Part shown: piece by piece, positions 1 to 9,507 of the stretch
Numbering within the stretch: the first letter of the stretch is position 1
Layout: the number at the start of each line of letters is the position of its first letter
Sequence record: PV654397.1
Direction: 5' to 3' (one strand)
DNA: 64,000 nucleotides
Program-made: the position numbers and the translations under genes
The notes under the pieces: model-generated
Told to the model about the DNA's origin: nothing
Database searches by the model: none
The model's input: only the letters and a program-made list of their open reading frames with translations

Positions 1-165
1 GGTTCTTATATGTTTCAGTGTACCCTTCCATCTCGTTGACACACACTACATGATACTTTGGTTTAGCACATACAACAGTACTCAAGAATAGCAGTACTAG
101 TACTAGATATTTCATTTTATTACCTTATAAACAAGAACAGGAATCCTTTTACGGATTCCTATAAT

Positions 166-459
166 TTAGTCCTTTAATGTACCATTGTGTAAACGATTAT
201 ACACATCATTGCGACGCAATTCAACAATATCTTCAGCGTACTTCATTGTAAACGCCCATGCTTGTGGATGCACATTAAGCTTCATACGAATGCGATTCTT
301 CATCAATTCACCGCTTAGGCGAACAAACTCATGAACACCACGACTTCCGTACTCTGAAATCAAATCATTGATGTACATGTTGCGAAGGGTTTCGTCTGTA
401 CATTCTTTGACCATTTCTACGTCTGCCACGATGCTTGCATTTACTGAAGTACTGATCAT
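166..459 (-). CDS. hypothetical protein
   Basis: 97-aa ORF in tightly packed minus-strand run. Confidence 0.75.
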   Translation of the reverse strand: MISTSVNASIVADVEMVKECTDETLRNMYINDLISEYGSRGVHEFVRLSGELMKNRIRMKLNVHPQAWAFTMKYAEDIVELRRNDVYNRLHNGTLKD

Positions 460-470
460 TTTAAGTTACC

Positions 471-737
471 TTATTTGAATTGGACTGTAATTTTATCACC
501 TTCAACTACGAACTTACAGTCGTAGCGACGGGCCATATCCATATACATATGCTCAGAATACCACGGAACATCAATAACTGGATGCTCTGCGTATTGTAGC
601 ACTTCACGGTCACCAACAGTAGTGATGACGAAAGGAATGTTCATCTCTCGCAAAAACAACTCAGCACCTGGTGAACGATTGACAAACTCAGTGTCGTTAC
701 GCAAAGTAAAACCATTGTATTGTAATTTAAGCTTCAT
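471..737 (-). CDS. hypothetical protein
   Basis: 88-aa ORF, SD-like GAGG upstream. Confidence 0.75.
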   Translation of the reverse strand: MKLKLQYNGFTLRNDTEFVNRSPGAELFLREMNIPFVITTVGDREVLQYAEHPVIDVPWYSEHMYMDMARRYDCKFVVEGDKITVQFK

Positions 738-751
738 GATTATCCTCTAAG

Positions 752-1108
752 TTAATACCATTCTTTTAAACCATCAAGTTCGGCTATGTGAGTAATTATA
801 ACACAGATAACACTCAGGTCAAGCATTATTTGCTCATAATTTAATTTTATTCTATCATCATTGTATGCTCGAAAAACAACATCAAAGTCAAAGTAGTTAT
901 CGTTTTCATCATTCATTGGAATGATTCTATATCTACGTCTACCATCATCATTGAATACAGTCAAACACTGTTTGAATTTCTTCATTAACTGTGTAGTCAA
1001 TGCATTGTAATATGCAACATCATATTGTGTACAACGTGGGTCATTGGGTAGATAAAACGATACAAATTTTTTTAATTCTATTTGAGTCTTATCCATATAC
1101 AGCCTCAT
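752..1108 (-). CDS. hypothetical protein
   Basis: 118-aa ORF in packed run. Confidence 0.7.
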   Translation of the reverse strand: MRLYMDKTQIELKKFVSFYLPNDPRCTQYDVAYYNALTTQLMKKFKQCLTVFNDDGRRRYRIIPMNDENDNYFDFDVVFRAYNDDRIKLNYEQIMLDLSVICVIITHIAELDGLKEWY

Positions 1109-1529
1109 GTATTACTCTTTTACTTTGGCGGTACTCATCCTTTGCTTCTCTCACTGACATGATACGAACCAGATTGGCACTACCACAATAGTACTGAACC
1201 TGACTACGACCAATGTCAACATGATTATCAGGAACTTCATATACTGATACAGCAAACCCTGCACGATGTAATTTACCCAAGTCCATAGTAAAGAACTTAA
1301 ACAAATCATTCAAACTCTGACAGCCAAATGCCCAGCCACGTTTGATTGAATAGATTCCATCTTCAGTTGGTTCTGGTTGGAATTGCGAAGGCGTGGTCAT
1401 GCACAAACGGTCAAATCCATTTTTAGTACTGTATCGTGAAGAGTACCGTGCGAACGGCCCTACTGTTTTTGCTGGATCTAAGTTAGGTTCAATATAACTG
1501 AATTTAAGTTCAAAACGATATACGTACAT
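1089..1529 (-). CDS. phage hypothetical protein, possible ADP-ribosyltransferase-like fold
   Basis: 146 aa; YRFE..GPF, PEP..D, FGCQS, YEV..G.SQV pattern; fold call is inference. Confidence 0.6.
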   Translation of the reverse strand: MYVYRFELKFSYIEPNLDPAKTVGPFARYSSRYSTKNGFDRLCMTTPSQFQPEPTEDGIYSIKRGWAFGCQSLNDLFKFFTMDLGKLHRAGFAVSVYEVPDNHVDIGRSQVQYYCGSANLVRIMSVREAKDEYRQSKRVIHEAVYG

Positions 1530-1566
1530 AATTAAAATCCCCAGTAGTTGATGAAATAATTATAAC

Positions 1567-1593
1567 AAAAAAGGTTGACCGAAGTCAACCTTT
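1567..1593 (-). terminator. intrinsic terminator
   Basis: minus strand AAGGTTGAC-TTCG-GTCAACCTT followed by T run. Confidence 0.85.
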
Positions 1594-1806
1594 ATTTTGA
1601 AGTTCTTGAACTAATTGTCGTACTTCTTGGATGTCACGACACTGCTTTACAGTGAAGTAATCATACTTACGACCATAGGTTCTTGGATCATCACCTTCCA
1701 TATACTGCTGCACATCAAAGATTTGTAAGTATGGATGCTGCATAACACGAATGTTATCACATTGATAAATCAACATATGTTTAGTCCTCATATTTACACA
1801 AGCCAC
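1585..1806 (-). CDS. hypothetical protein
   Basis: ORF; true start probably a downstream Met. Confidence 0.6.
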   Translation of the reverse strand: MACVNMRTKHMLIYQCDNIRVMQHPYLQIFDVQQYMEGDDPRTYGRKYDYFTVKQCRDIQEVRQLVQELQNKG

Positions 1807-2131
1807 CGAATGTTGCCTGTTTTGCTGCCTTACGCATCATCACAAGTTTAACATACTGTTCGCCATTACTTTCTTCATATACATCAACTTGAAGAAATGC
1901 AAGCATATTGGGATCAGTATCATTCGAGTACTGCGTAAAACTAATGTCACCTACAGTATGTTCTTTAACAAAATTATACACTTCACCATCGATATAAACG
2001 ATAGTATGGTCATCGCTATCACCTTGGTAAATGTGTTTAATATCACCTTCAGTACAGACTAGTCCAGGTAATGGTTCTGCATAAGACATACCACATATAA
2101 TCATACAAACAAAAAACAAAATTACTTTCAT
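1781..2131 (-). CDS. putative secreted/periplasmic protein
   Basis: N-terminal signal-peptide-like MKVILFFVCMIICGMSYA. Confidence 0.7.
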   Translation of the reverse strand: MKVILFFVCMIICGMSYAEPLPGLVCTEGDIKHIYQGDSDDHTIVYIDGEVYNFVKEHTVGDISFTQYSNDTDPNMLAFLQVDVYEESNGEQYVKLVMMRKAAKQATFGGLCKYED

Positions 2132-2511
2132 GATTTGTTTCCTTTGGATAAAATGGATTTCTTCACTTTGTACTGCTTGTAGTTATTATACCAAACATCG
2201 ATTACATAAATCAAGTACCAAAGTGATGGATATAATGATAGACCAATAAAAACTGAAAAAATACTTGTATTAATAAAACCAATACAGTGCAGTGTAAATG
2301 CAACGATTAGAATACCAATCGTAATCATACTAGCTGAATATGGTACACTATCAGATGCGAACCATGAATCAACCTTACTAATTAAAGTATACTTTCCAGT
2401 ACTAACCGCATAAACAATTGCTACTATACCAAATAATGCCATTGAAATAGTTATTACTGAGTTAATAAGAATCGGAGTAATTAATACATAAAGCATTACA
2501 TCGTTCATCAT
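2128..2511 (-). CDS. putative membrane protein
   Basis: three hydrophobic segments. Confidence 0.7.
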   Translation of the reverse strand: MMNDVMLYVLITPILINSVITISMALFGIVAIVYAVSTGKYTLISKVDSWFASDSVPYSASMITIGILIVAFTLHCIGFINTSIFSVFIGLSLYPSLWYLIYVIDVWYNNYKQYKVKKSILSKGNKS

Positions 2512-2521
2512 TTGTTATACC

Positions 2522-2917
2522 TTAAAGTTCACAATGAATATTCAATTTATCAATATCCTGATCGCGTTTGTTCGACGAATCTTGATAAATGACTATGTAA
2601 ATATCCCCATCCTTTGTCTTGGGGTCCACTATCAATATTACATTTGCTATTATACCAGCATCTGATTTATATGTCGATACCTTTTTATTCCCAATCAAAC
2701 TCTCGGCCCTGAAACGGTAAACCTCATTATCTACGACAATATTGTTTCCATTTTGTGGGTCATTAGAAAGTACATGCCATGTTCCATCGTTTCCCATACA
2801 ATCAAGGTAAGCAGGTACGGCTGTACTGAACCTTGAATAAAGCATGAATACTACAAACACCATTATCATTCTTATATATTTTTTCATTATAACCTCTAAC
2901 GAGCAATACTTCTGCAC
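2522..2917 (-). CDS. putative secreted protein
   Basis: signal-peptide-like MKKYIRMIMVFVVFMLYSRFSTA. Confidence 0.7.
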   Translation of the reverse strand: MQKYCSLEVIMKKYIRMIMVFVVFMLYSRFSTAVPAYLDCMGNDGTWHVLSNDPQNGNNIVVDNEVYRFRAESLIGNKKVSTYKSDAGIIANVILIVDPKTKDGDIYIVIYQDSSNKRDQDIDKLNIHCEL

Positions 2918-2965
2918 ATATTATTTGTACAGAAGTATTTAATACTATTAGAGACTTTTTGAACG

Positions 2966-3292
2966 TTACTTCTTACTAGTTAGTTTATCTTTCAAGATAT
3001 CAAACCAAATGGAAACTTTACCAGCAAACAATGCATTAGTAAACCACACAATACCAACAATGTTCTCAACTAAATTCATAATTGAAACAAATGGTCCAAT
3101 TGGTAATACAAAACTTACTAACCATGACAGTACTGAAATAAGTACTACAACGAAGAAGATTCGTACAATGGGTGAGTCTAACATAAACAACTCACGAAAC
3201 TCATCACGCTCGGTTTCGTCTTTAATGAAGAATTCGAAAACCATAACCCATAACAGAATTAGAGCAGGAATTGAAATTAGAACTGATAACAT
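2966..3292 (-). CDS. putative membrane protein
   Basis: hydrophobic segments; GAGG SD. Confidence 0.7.
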   Translation of the reverse strand: MLSVLISIPALILLWVMVFEFFIKDETERDEFRELFMLDSPIVRIFFVVVLISVLSWLVSFVLPIGPFVSIMNLVENIVGIVWFTNALFAGKVSIWFDILKDKLTSKK

Positions 3293-3339
3293 GTTTTATA
3301 TCCTCAAGTTTAAGTGTTAAGTTTCAGACTACAAGAACC

Positions 3340-3367
3340 ATTATACAGTACTACAAACGTTTGTCAA
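3340..3367 (-). promoter_or_regulatory. sigma70-type promoter with AGTACT abutting the -10
   Basis: TTGACA-aacgtttgtagtactg(16)-TATAAT. Confidence 0.75.
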
Positions 3368-3593
3368 CAGGTTTTTCTTCAATAAGCATAAGATAACTGA
3401 AGACGAATAGTAATACAGATGCCATATCAATAACCGTAAAGCTCACGGGAATGATAATAGACACTAGAACGAGTGCCACGTTTAGCAAGAATACAGTAGT
3501 GATATCCACCAGCTTTCGTTTAGTGGCTACTGCTACTAGTGTAGGGTAGAACATAAACAATAATGCAACTACAAAACTCAATACTAGATACAT
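3351..3593 (-). CDS. putative membrane protein
   Basis: 80 aa, three hydrophobic stretches. Confidence 0.7.
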   Translation of the reverse strand: MYLVLSFVVALLFMFYPTLVAVATKRKLVDITTVFLLNVALVLVSIIIPVSFTVIDMASVLLFVFSYLMLIEEKPVDKRL

Positions 3594-4246
3594 TTCTTTT
3601 TCACCTTAAGAAAATTATAACATAAAACAACCTCAACATCTGGCTCATCATACAAGTACTCAAAGCGTTCTTTACTACGCTTAGTACCGATGTACTCACC
3701 ATTCTTATGCCAACGCCACCCACCACTCTCTGGTTGGTCAGACTTCAGTACTGGATGATAGCACATGACAATTTCTTCTGGACCTTCAATAAGGTTCTTG
3801 TACTTCGTCAAAATCTGTTCAAGCGTATCTGCTACACCATAAGACGAGTGCATAAGATAAGACTCAGGACGTGGACGACCACTTGGTAGAATGTCATCAG
3901 TACTATTAAAGATAGCACGGAAGTCTTCTGACGTGTATAAACTTCCATCTTCATGGATCATTGGATACTCATCTACTACATCATAATCAGTGAAGTGTTC
4001 AATCGCATGTCCTGGTCTGTAACCTGCGAGGATACCTGTATGTTTCGTCTGTACAATAGTCATAACAGATGTACTATTGTTTACATTAGGATCATGAATT
4101 TCAGCCCAAAAAGGATGATGAGGATCAAATTTAGCATTAACTAAAGTACAATCACCAATGTAGTCGAAATTAGTTTCTTTAAAGTTCAAAGAAACACCAC
4201 GCAATGCCCAATCAGGAGAAGTGATGAAATTAAGATTAACTAACAT
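3584..4246 (-). CDS. conserved phage hypothetical protein
   Basis: 220 aa; GGWRWHKNGEYIG motif typical of a myophage hypothetical family. Confidence 0.75.
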   Translation of the reverse strand: MLVNLNFITSPDWALRGVSLNFKETNFDYIGDCTLVNAKFDPHHPFWAEIHDPNVNNSTSVMTIVQTKHTGILAGYRPGHAIEHFTDYDVVDEYPMIHEDGSLYTSEDFRAIFNSTDDILPSGRPRPESYLMHSSYGVADTLEQILTKYKNLIEGPEEIVMCYHPVLKSDQPESGGWRWHKNGEYIGTKRSKERFEYLYDEPDVEVVLCYNFLKVKKKCI

Positions 4247-4280
4247 AGTATCCTCAGTTGCGGTTGTTTTGATACAGTTA

Positions 4281-4493
4281 TTATATCAAAGACGTGTCAA
4301 TTTGTACAACATTTATTGTAACTATTTCGTACATAAAATCAATTGCATTGAACTCTGCATACCACTCTACAATCTCACAAGCAGCATCAACTTGGTTTTT
4401 CGCATTAACACGTCTGGCATAGGTGCTGCTCATTTTGAATCTACCATATTCATAGACATTGTAGACACCATGACACCACCACATCTTAGTCAT
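4281..4493 (-). CDS. hypothetical protein
   Basis: start moved to the ATG next to the upstream stop (MTKMWW...). Confidence 0.6.
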   Translation of the reverse strand: MTKMWWCHGVYNVYEYGRFKMSSTYARRVNAKNQVDAACEIVEWYAEFNAIDFMYEIVTINVVQIDTSLI

Positions 4494-4704
4494 TAATGCT
4501 AGGCCATACAGTGAATTGTAAGTCTTGGTATTCAAATTTACCAATATCATTCTTCTTACGGAATGATTCTTCAACCTGAATTTCTGCGTCGTACTGACCA
4601 TCGGCCTTTACTACGTACTTAAAATATTCTACATGTGAAAAACGATACCCTTCTCCGTCTTGCTTGGATACTTGTACTGACCCTTCAACTAGATATAAAT
4701 TCAT
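4486..4704 (-). CDS. hypothetical protein
   Basis: 72-aa ORF with GGAG SD. Confidence 0.7.
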   Translation of the reverse strand: MNLYLVEGSVQVSKQDGEGYRFSHVEYFKYVVKADGQYDAEIQVEESFRKKNDIGKFEYQDLQFTVWPSIND

Positions 4705-4707
4705 TTG

Positions 4708-4929
4708 TCATTCTCCATCATATTCAGTGAGTATTACACTATGTACTGTTTCAATATAGCGTTGTGTTTTTGGTGTGTTGTACTTAGTTACTTCATCAAA
4801 CAATTTAAATAGTGCATGTGTTGGACTTAATGCACGAACAAATACATCAATCTTCTGTACTTCTTTCTTATAACCACGTACATTATTAAACTCAGATACA
4901 TGCTCATACACAATGTAGTAACGATTCAT
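4708..4929 (-). CDS. hypothetical protein
   Basis: 73-aa ORF, coupled to upstream gene. Confidence 0.7.
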   Translation of the reverse strand: MNRYYIVYEHVSEFNNVRGYKKEVQKIDVFVRALSPTHALFKLFDEVTKYNTPKTQRYIETVHSVILTEYDGE

Positions 4930-5441
4930 ATATTAAGTAGTTCCATAAATTCATCGATCAAGGAAGTTCTAATGCACATAACAAATTCAAAATCAACATC
5001 GATAGTATCGAGTAGTTTGAACAACTTTGGTACATTTGGATCATTCAACTGGAAGTTATGAATCAAGCTCTGTTGAAACACACTTTCTTCAGTACTGTAA
5101 TCAATAACAAAATATTCAGCTACACCTGGAGGTGAATAAACATCATATAATATCTGACGTTTATTGTGTGTTTCTGAACCAGGACAATATATAAGTTCTA
5201 TTTCATACGAACCTGCCGAGGATCTATCATAAAACACAATTTCAGTACTGATTATTTCACTACCATCACTTCGTTCATGAAAACATACATCGGCATATCG
5301 TTTGCCATTTGGCTTCAAAATCTCATGAGTTGTTTTACCATAACATTTATCAGTTTCAATGTGAATTTTGTCTTGATATTCAGAACGTCTTACATCATTT
5401 CCACGATTAAACAATAAGATCAACAACTCATTAATATCCAT
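4926..5441 (-). CDS. TEE-FQ-S paralog family protein
   Basis: C-terminal STEESVFQQSLI motif. Confidence 0.75.
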   Translation of the reverse strand: MDINELLILLFNRGNDVRRSEYQDKIHIETDKCYGKTTHEILKPNGKRYADVCFHERSDGSEIISTEIVFYDRSSAGSYEIELIYCPGSETHNKRQILYDVYSPPGVAEYFVIDYSTEESVFQQSLIHNFQLNDPNVPKLFKLLDTIDVDFEFVMCIRTSLIDEFMELLNI

Positions 5442-5641
5442 TATTTCGCCTCGATAACCTTAAGGTTAACAAAATCACCTTTTACTTTCATGCATTTGAA
5501 TTCAGTGCGAGTTTCATCCCCACTATCGCGAGGCCAATGAGTAGCAGAGTAGCACTGGTCTGGTGTTTTATATACACCTTCACCAATAGTACGAGTGATT
5601 TCACCATTGGTGAGAACTACTGCGAGATATAAAGTAAACAT
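5441..5641 (-). CDS. hypothetical protein
   Basis: start set at MFTLYLAVV. Confidence 0.65.
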   Translation of the reverse strand: MFTLYLAVVLTNGEITRTIGEGVYKTPDQCYSATHWPRDSGDETRTEFKCMKVKGDFVNLKVIEAK

Positions 5642-5794
5642 GATATTCGCCTTAGAATAATTTATTAATAATAATAGCACCCAACGCAAGAACTGCAATA
5701 ATTACAGATACCCACATTACTGCATTCACTGTACCAGTTAGTTCTTTATCAAACTCCCTGCACTTCTTACGGTACTCTTCCCACTCTTTGTTAT

Positions 5795-6010
5795 TCACAC
5801 TGCCGCTCCTAATAGGTCGGTAGCTTTCTTCAGTACTACGTCAATTGTTTCCAGTACTGCACCTTTGTGTTCAATTGATACAATATTATTATAAGTATCA
5901 AGGTCCAAGTACTCCATATATTCAGTTTTGAATACACGAACATCAGTACTAGTGATTTTAATATCACAACCTTTATCCCAAATAACCTGCATCATTTCAT
6001 TGGTAGTCAT
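5795..6010 (-). CDS. hypothetical protein
   Basis: 71-aa ORF. Confidence 0.7.
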   Translation of the reverse strand: MTTNEMMQVIWDKGCDIKITSTDVRVFKTEYMEYLDLDTYNNIVSIEHKGAVLETIDVVLKKATDLLGAAV

Positions 6011-6285
6011 TATTCAACCTTATCATAAACAAGTTTGTGTGTGCTTAGTACTTTGTTGAGATGTCCAGGGCATTCATATACATACAATCTCTCCTGACGT
6101 TTTTCCCAACCACCACAGATACGGCCTGATTGTGTACATACCTCATACTCGTTAATAAAAGACTTACCGGTGAATGTACAATCCTGACGAACTAAGTCTT
6201 TTGCACTAAACCTGCCGTCATCATTACATGCTGTAAGAAACATTGTACAGAATACAAAGACAACTGTCAATAGTTTTTTAATCAT
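6010..6285 (-). CDS. putative lipoprotein
   Basis: lipobox LTAC after hydrophobic leader. Confidence 0.7.
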   Translation of the reverse strand: MIKKLLTVVFVFCTMFLTACNDDGRFSAKDLVRQDCTFTGKSFINEYEVCTQSGRICGGWEKRQERLYVYECPGHLNKVLSTHKLVYDKVE

Positions 6286-6650
6286 TTAACATCACCCCAA
6301 CGGAAACCTTTCATATAATTCAAATTCACCTCAACTAGTTCATGTGTTTTTGTACACCAAATGGAGAGAGTTTTTGTAACATCACCAGGTTCAGATTCAT
6401 AATTTACACAATAACCTTCAATGCGTAGAGTTTTGTTAGTCCAATGTTCCCACTCAATCCAAATTTCATTTGGATAATAAACCATATCTTCTTTGAACGT
6501 ATGGAATTGATCCATTGGTAAATGACCTTTAACTTCAATTACTTCAGCACTTCGTGCCAGTTTTTCAAGCTTGTACTTTATTTCAGCAAGATATTCTTCA
6601 TCATTCAGACGAGTTAATAAATCTGTTGCACGGGTTGTATCAAGGCTCAT
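6282..6650 (-). CDS. hypothetical protein
   Basis: 122-aa ORF, coupled. Confidence 0.7.
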   Translation of the reverse strand: MSLDTTRATDLLTRLNDEEYLAEIKYKLEKLARSAEVIEVKGHLPMDQFHTFKEDMVYYPNEIWIEWEHWTNKTLRIEGYCVNYESEPGDVTKTLSIWCTKTHELVEVNLNYMKGFRWGDVK

Positions 6651-6898
6651 TGTTGTACTCCATTAATCACTGAAGTATTGATTCGTGTTTTACCGCTGCT
6701 GTATCCAGTACTGGTATTTGCATTAGGGCAATAAACTGTATACAAGGTTACGCCAGCACCGTCCTTTTGCATACGATAAATCTTACATCCTGCTTCTTGT
6801 AATTCAATAGGGAGAATAAAATCACTTGTGCGTTCTTTGGTTGAAGCGTCACATGCAGTGAGTAAAAATGCAACGAGTACTGCTACGATATATTTCAT
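6647..6898 (-). CDS. putative lipoprotein
   Basis: lipobox LTAC after hydrophobic leader. Confidence 0.75.
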   Translation of the reverse strand: MKYIVAVLVAFLLTACDASTKERTSDFILPIELQEAGCKIYRMQKDGAGVTLYTVYCPNANTSTGYSSGKTRINTSVINGVQQ

Positions 6899-7206
6899 TA
6901 ACGAACCTCCACTTCTTGAGAAAGAGCATGAGTCAGTGCATTTGAATTCGAACTATTCATTTCACGCTGACATACAAACATAATGGCATCTTGTACTGTA
7001 CCTGCGATTTCATACTCACGGCCTTCAGGATCTGTTACCAGATGTTCAACGATACAACCACCACGCAGTACAGAAGCACCAGTACTTACACTAATCCTGT
7101 AACCTAAAAAATCAAACTGCATACATGCGTCAGTAGGTTTCATCCAATAACCGCTGTTTTGATTCAAATCGATGATTACAAAACCTTGAGTGTTAGTTTG
7201 AAACAT
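6898..7206 (-). CDS. hypothetical protein
   Basis: 102 aa, GAGG SD. Confidence 0.75.
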   Translation of the reverse strand: MFQTNTQGFVIIDLNQNSGYWMKPTDACMQFDFLGYRISVSTGASVLRGGCIVEHLVTDPEGREYEIAGTVQDAIMFVCQREMNSSNSNALTHALSQEVEVR

Positions 7207-7227
7207 AGTTAATTCCTCATTTAATTT

Positions 7228-7291
7228 AAAAGGGCGGGAACGCAGTGACGAGTACGATTATGCTGTCTTTCCTTTCACTGCATTCCCTTTT
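7228..7291 (-). ncRNA. promoter-proximal stem-loop (small RNA or attenuator candidate)
   Basis: 13-bp stem GGGAATGCAGTGA/TCACTGCGTTCCC (one G-U), 26-nt loop, downstream T run. Confidence 0.4.
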
Positions 7292-7300
7292 ATATAAAAC

Positions 7301-7329
7301 ATAATACTGCTATTATTCAGTACTGTCAA
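7301..7329 (-). promoter_or_regulatory. sigma70-type promoter, AGTACT overlapping the -35
   Basis: TTGACA-gtactgaataatagcag(17)-TATTAT. Confidence 0.75.
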
Positions 7330-7619
7330 TCGATATAAGTACCTTTTTTAACATCACAGACTTCTTCCATCCAATGTGGATTTTCGTTTTTATCAGTGAA
7401 GATTTGTTCTGCTTCTTCTTTTGTTTCAGCTAGGACAATACGATCCCCTTCATCCAAATCACGGATACGATACACTTTCAGTTCTTGTTTCTTCTCAAGG
7501 ATATTACACAGTTCACGTGCTTTTTCTTCATCGCACTTCCCTTCATTAGCATAAAACCAAATTGCTTTTTTAATAAGGTCACGTTCTTCTTTAGAAAAAG
7601 ACATAATATTTCCTATCAT
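7326..7619 (-). CDS. hypothetical protein
   Basis: 97-aa ORF. Confidence 0.7.
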   Translation of the reverse strand: MIGNIMSFSKEERDLIKKAIWFYANEGKCDEEKARELCNILEKKQELKVYRIRDLDEGDRIVLAETKEEAEQIFTDKNENPHWMEEVCDVKKGTYID

Positions 7620-7649
7620 TTGTTAAAGTGGATTTCGTTTGATATAAAC

Positions 7650-7677
7650 ATTATACAGTACTGATATCTTATGTCAA
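7650..7677 (-). promoter_or_regulatory. sigma70-type promoter with CAGTACTG abutting the -10
   Basis: TTGACA-taagatatcagtactg(16)-TATAAT. Confidence 0.75.
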
Positions 7678-7773
7678 GTATTAATCACTAAAAATCATCA
7701 GATACCCAAACCAACCCACACAGACGACTAAGCTAACAATACCAAAGACAATCTCTAAAGTCATGTTGTATCC

Positions 7774-7992
7774 TTAATCAACGATTTTATATTCACGATG
7801 ACCATAGAATCCAGCCTCAAGGATGCGATTACCATCAGCATCTTCCAAATCCCACCCACGGGATGTTTCGGCAATAATAGTCATGATGTGACCTCTTGGG
7901 AAAATTCCACTCATGGTGGATACATCTTCAAGTAATTGAACTTTCTTACCAACATTGGAATTCGGTTTAAACATTTTATGGCCCTTATTCAT
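7774..7992 (-). CDS. hypothetical protein
   Basis: 72-aa ORF. Confidence 0.7.
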   Translation of the reverse strand: MNKGHKMFKPNSNVGKKVQLLEDVSTMSGIFPRGHIMTIIAETSRGWDLEDADGNRILEAGFYGHREYKIVD

Positions 7993-8167
7993 TGATCACA
8001 TCAAGTACTTTGTCCAGTTTCTTACCAATACTATCCTTTGGTTTATCACTATTCTGGAATACATTAGTACTGCAATACTCAGGACGGGTATTAGGGAACT
8101 TCTCGTTCATCCAGGAGTGACCATATACACCAAGAATGATACCTACGATAAGAATGATGATTTGCAT
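7985..8167 (-). CDS. small membrane-anchored protein
   Basis: N-terminal hydrophobic helix; GAGG SD. Confidence 0.7.
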   Translation of the reverse strand: MQIIILIVGIILGVYGHSWMNEKFPNTRPEYCSTNVFQNSDKPKDSIGKKLDKVLDVINE

Positions 8168-8181
8168 GATATATCCTCTAA

Positions 8182-8976
8182 TTAAATTACATATGGTTTA
8201 TAGTAATGAATCTCGTTTGCGATTGCAGTGAAAACTTTATTATTAAATCTTTCACCATAATCACGAAGTGATTCACCTTCTTCGCTTTCAATAAAGTAAT
8301 TATATACTGGTAGACGTGCGGTGTCAACACCTATAAATGATTTCATGTAAATTTGTACTAAACGATTCATTCCTTCATTTAAGCATTGCACCTCAAAGTG
8401 CTTGATACCTTTGTCTAAATGTTTGAATGCATTAATGATACCACGTTTAAAATCACGCTGCATAGTACTGAATAGATTCTCAGGGAACACTGTAATAGGT
8501 GACATTGATTTAAGAATGTATGTATCTTTAGCATTCTTAATATACTCAATGAAGCAGTAGTTAACGTCAGGCTCGATAGAACGATCAGCGTTATGATACC
8601 AGTGCTTAAACTCACTGTACTCAGCAAACTTATGCTGGCGTAATGCGTTACAATCCTCACACAATGCAGTCATGTTCTCTTTATCATTACCGCCCTGAAG
8701 ACAGTCCAGTACATTATGGTCTAACGTCATGCGTACAAGACGTTTCCCTTTAAGTACATAAGGTCTGAATTTATAACGGTCTTTAGTACTGTGCTTATGT
8801 AAAGTGAATACCACATTGGATTCACCACAACAATCACATTTAAAGCCATCACGTGACATTACATGAATGAGTTTTCGAGTATTTGGGCCGAACTCAGATT
8901 TAGTAATGTTGCCGACAATTTCTGATGGGTCGTAGTATTTTGAATTCCGGCGAATCAATTCATCTATAGTGCTCAT
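8182..8976 (-). CDS. HNH endonuclease domain protein
   Basis: CDCC...TLDH...GGN...N...LCEDCN HNH/zinc pattern. Confidence 0.7.
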   Translation of the reverse strand: MSTIDELIRRNSKYYDPSEIVGNITKSEFGPNTRKLIHVMSRDGFKCDCCGESNVVFTLHKHSTKDRYKFRPYVLKGKRLVRMTLDHNVLDCLQGGNDKENMTALCEDCNALRQHKFAEYSEFKHWYHNADRSIEPDVNYCFIEYIKNAKDTYILKSMSPITVFPENLFSTMQRDFKRGIINAFKHLDKGIKHFEVQCLNEGMNRLVQIYMKSFIGVDTARLPVYNYFIESEEGESLRDYGERFNNKVFTAIANEIHYYKPYVI

Positions 8977-8977
8977 T

Positions 8978-9208
8978 TTACATTAATCCTTCTATGCTAC
9001 AACCAATAAGTACTTTTTTCACTTCAATAACTCGTACCAAATAGAATCCATTTGAAAAGTTAAAACTATACATTTGTACTAAGGCATCTGCTTCAGATTT
9101 CGCACGGATACATGATAGATATAGTTCTCGTATATCGTCATCCAACGATGCTTGTTTCTCGTCATTGATAACAATAGAACGAATCTCAAAACGAACACCA
9201 TAACTCAT
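8978..9208 (-). CDS. hypothetical protein
   Basis: 76-aa ORF. Confidence 0.65.
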   Translation of the reverse strand: MSYGVRFEIRSIVINDEKQASLDDDIRELYLSCIRAKSEADALVQMYSFNFSNGFYLVRVIEVKKVLIGCSIEGLM

Positions 9209-9414
9209 TCTGTTTGTCCAACAATTAGTTTTTCTTTAGTATTACTATTGTAACACCACATTAATTCTTCACCAACTGTTCTAAGTGAAACGCTGTTTAC
9301 TTGTTCATACGTACTGTCACGTACTGCAATGCATTGATTCATTGAATTCATTGGGGTGATTTGTACACCAGATTGTGGTGAAAGAGCAATAATTAAAAAG
9401 ATTACTGAATTCAT
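9205..9414 (-). CDS. hypothetical protein
   Basis: 69-aa ORF, GAGG SD. Confidence 0.7.
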   Translation of the reverse strand: MNSVIFLIIALSPQSGVQITPMNSMNQCIAVRDSTYEQVNSVSLRTVGEELMWCYNSNTKEKLIVGQTE

Positions 9415-9478
9415 TAGATATTCCTCGATGGTTAATCATCCATCTCTTCGAGATGTCTGTTCGCTTCTAATACTACGT

Positions 9479-9507
9479 ATTCTACGCGAATGAATCATAA
9501 CTGTCAA
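9479..9507 (-). promoter_or_regulatory. sigma70-type promoter
   Basis: TTGACA-17-TAGAAT. Confidence 0.8.

Noticed and set aside
21-60. + strand TTGACA as a promoter
   Set aside because: No -10 at 16-18 bp spacing, and the context is truncated by the window edge.
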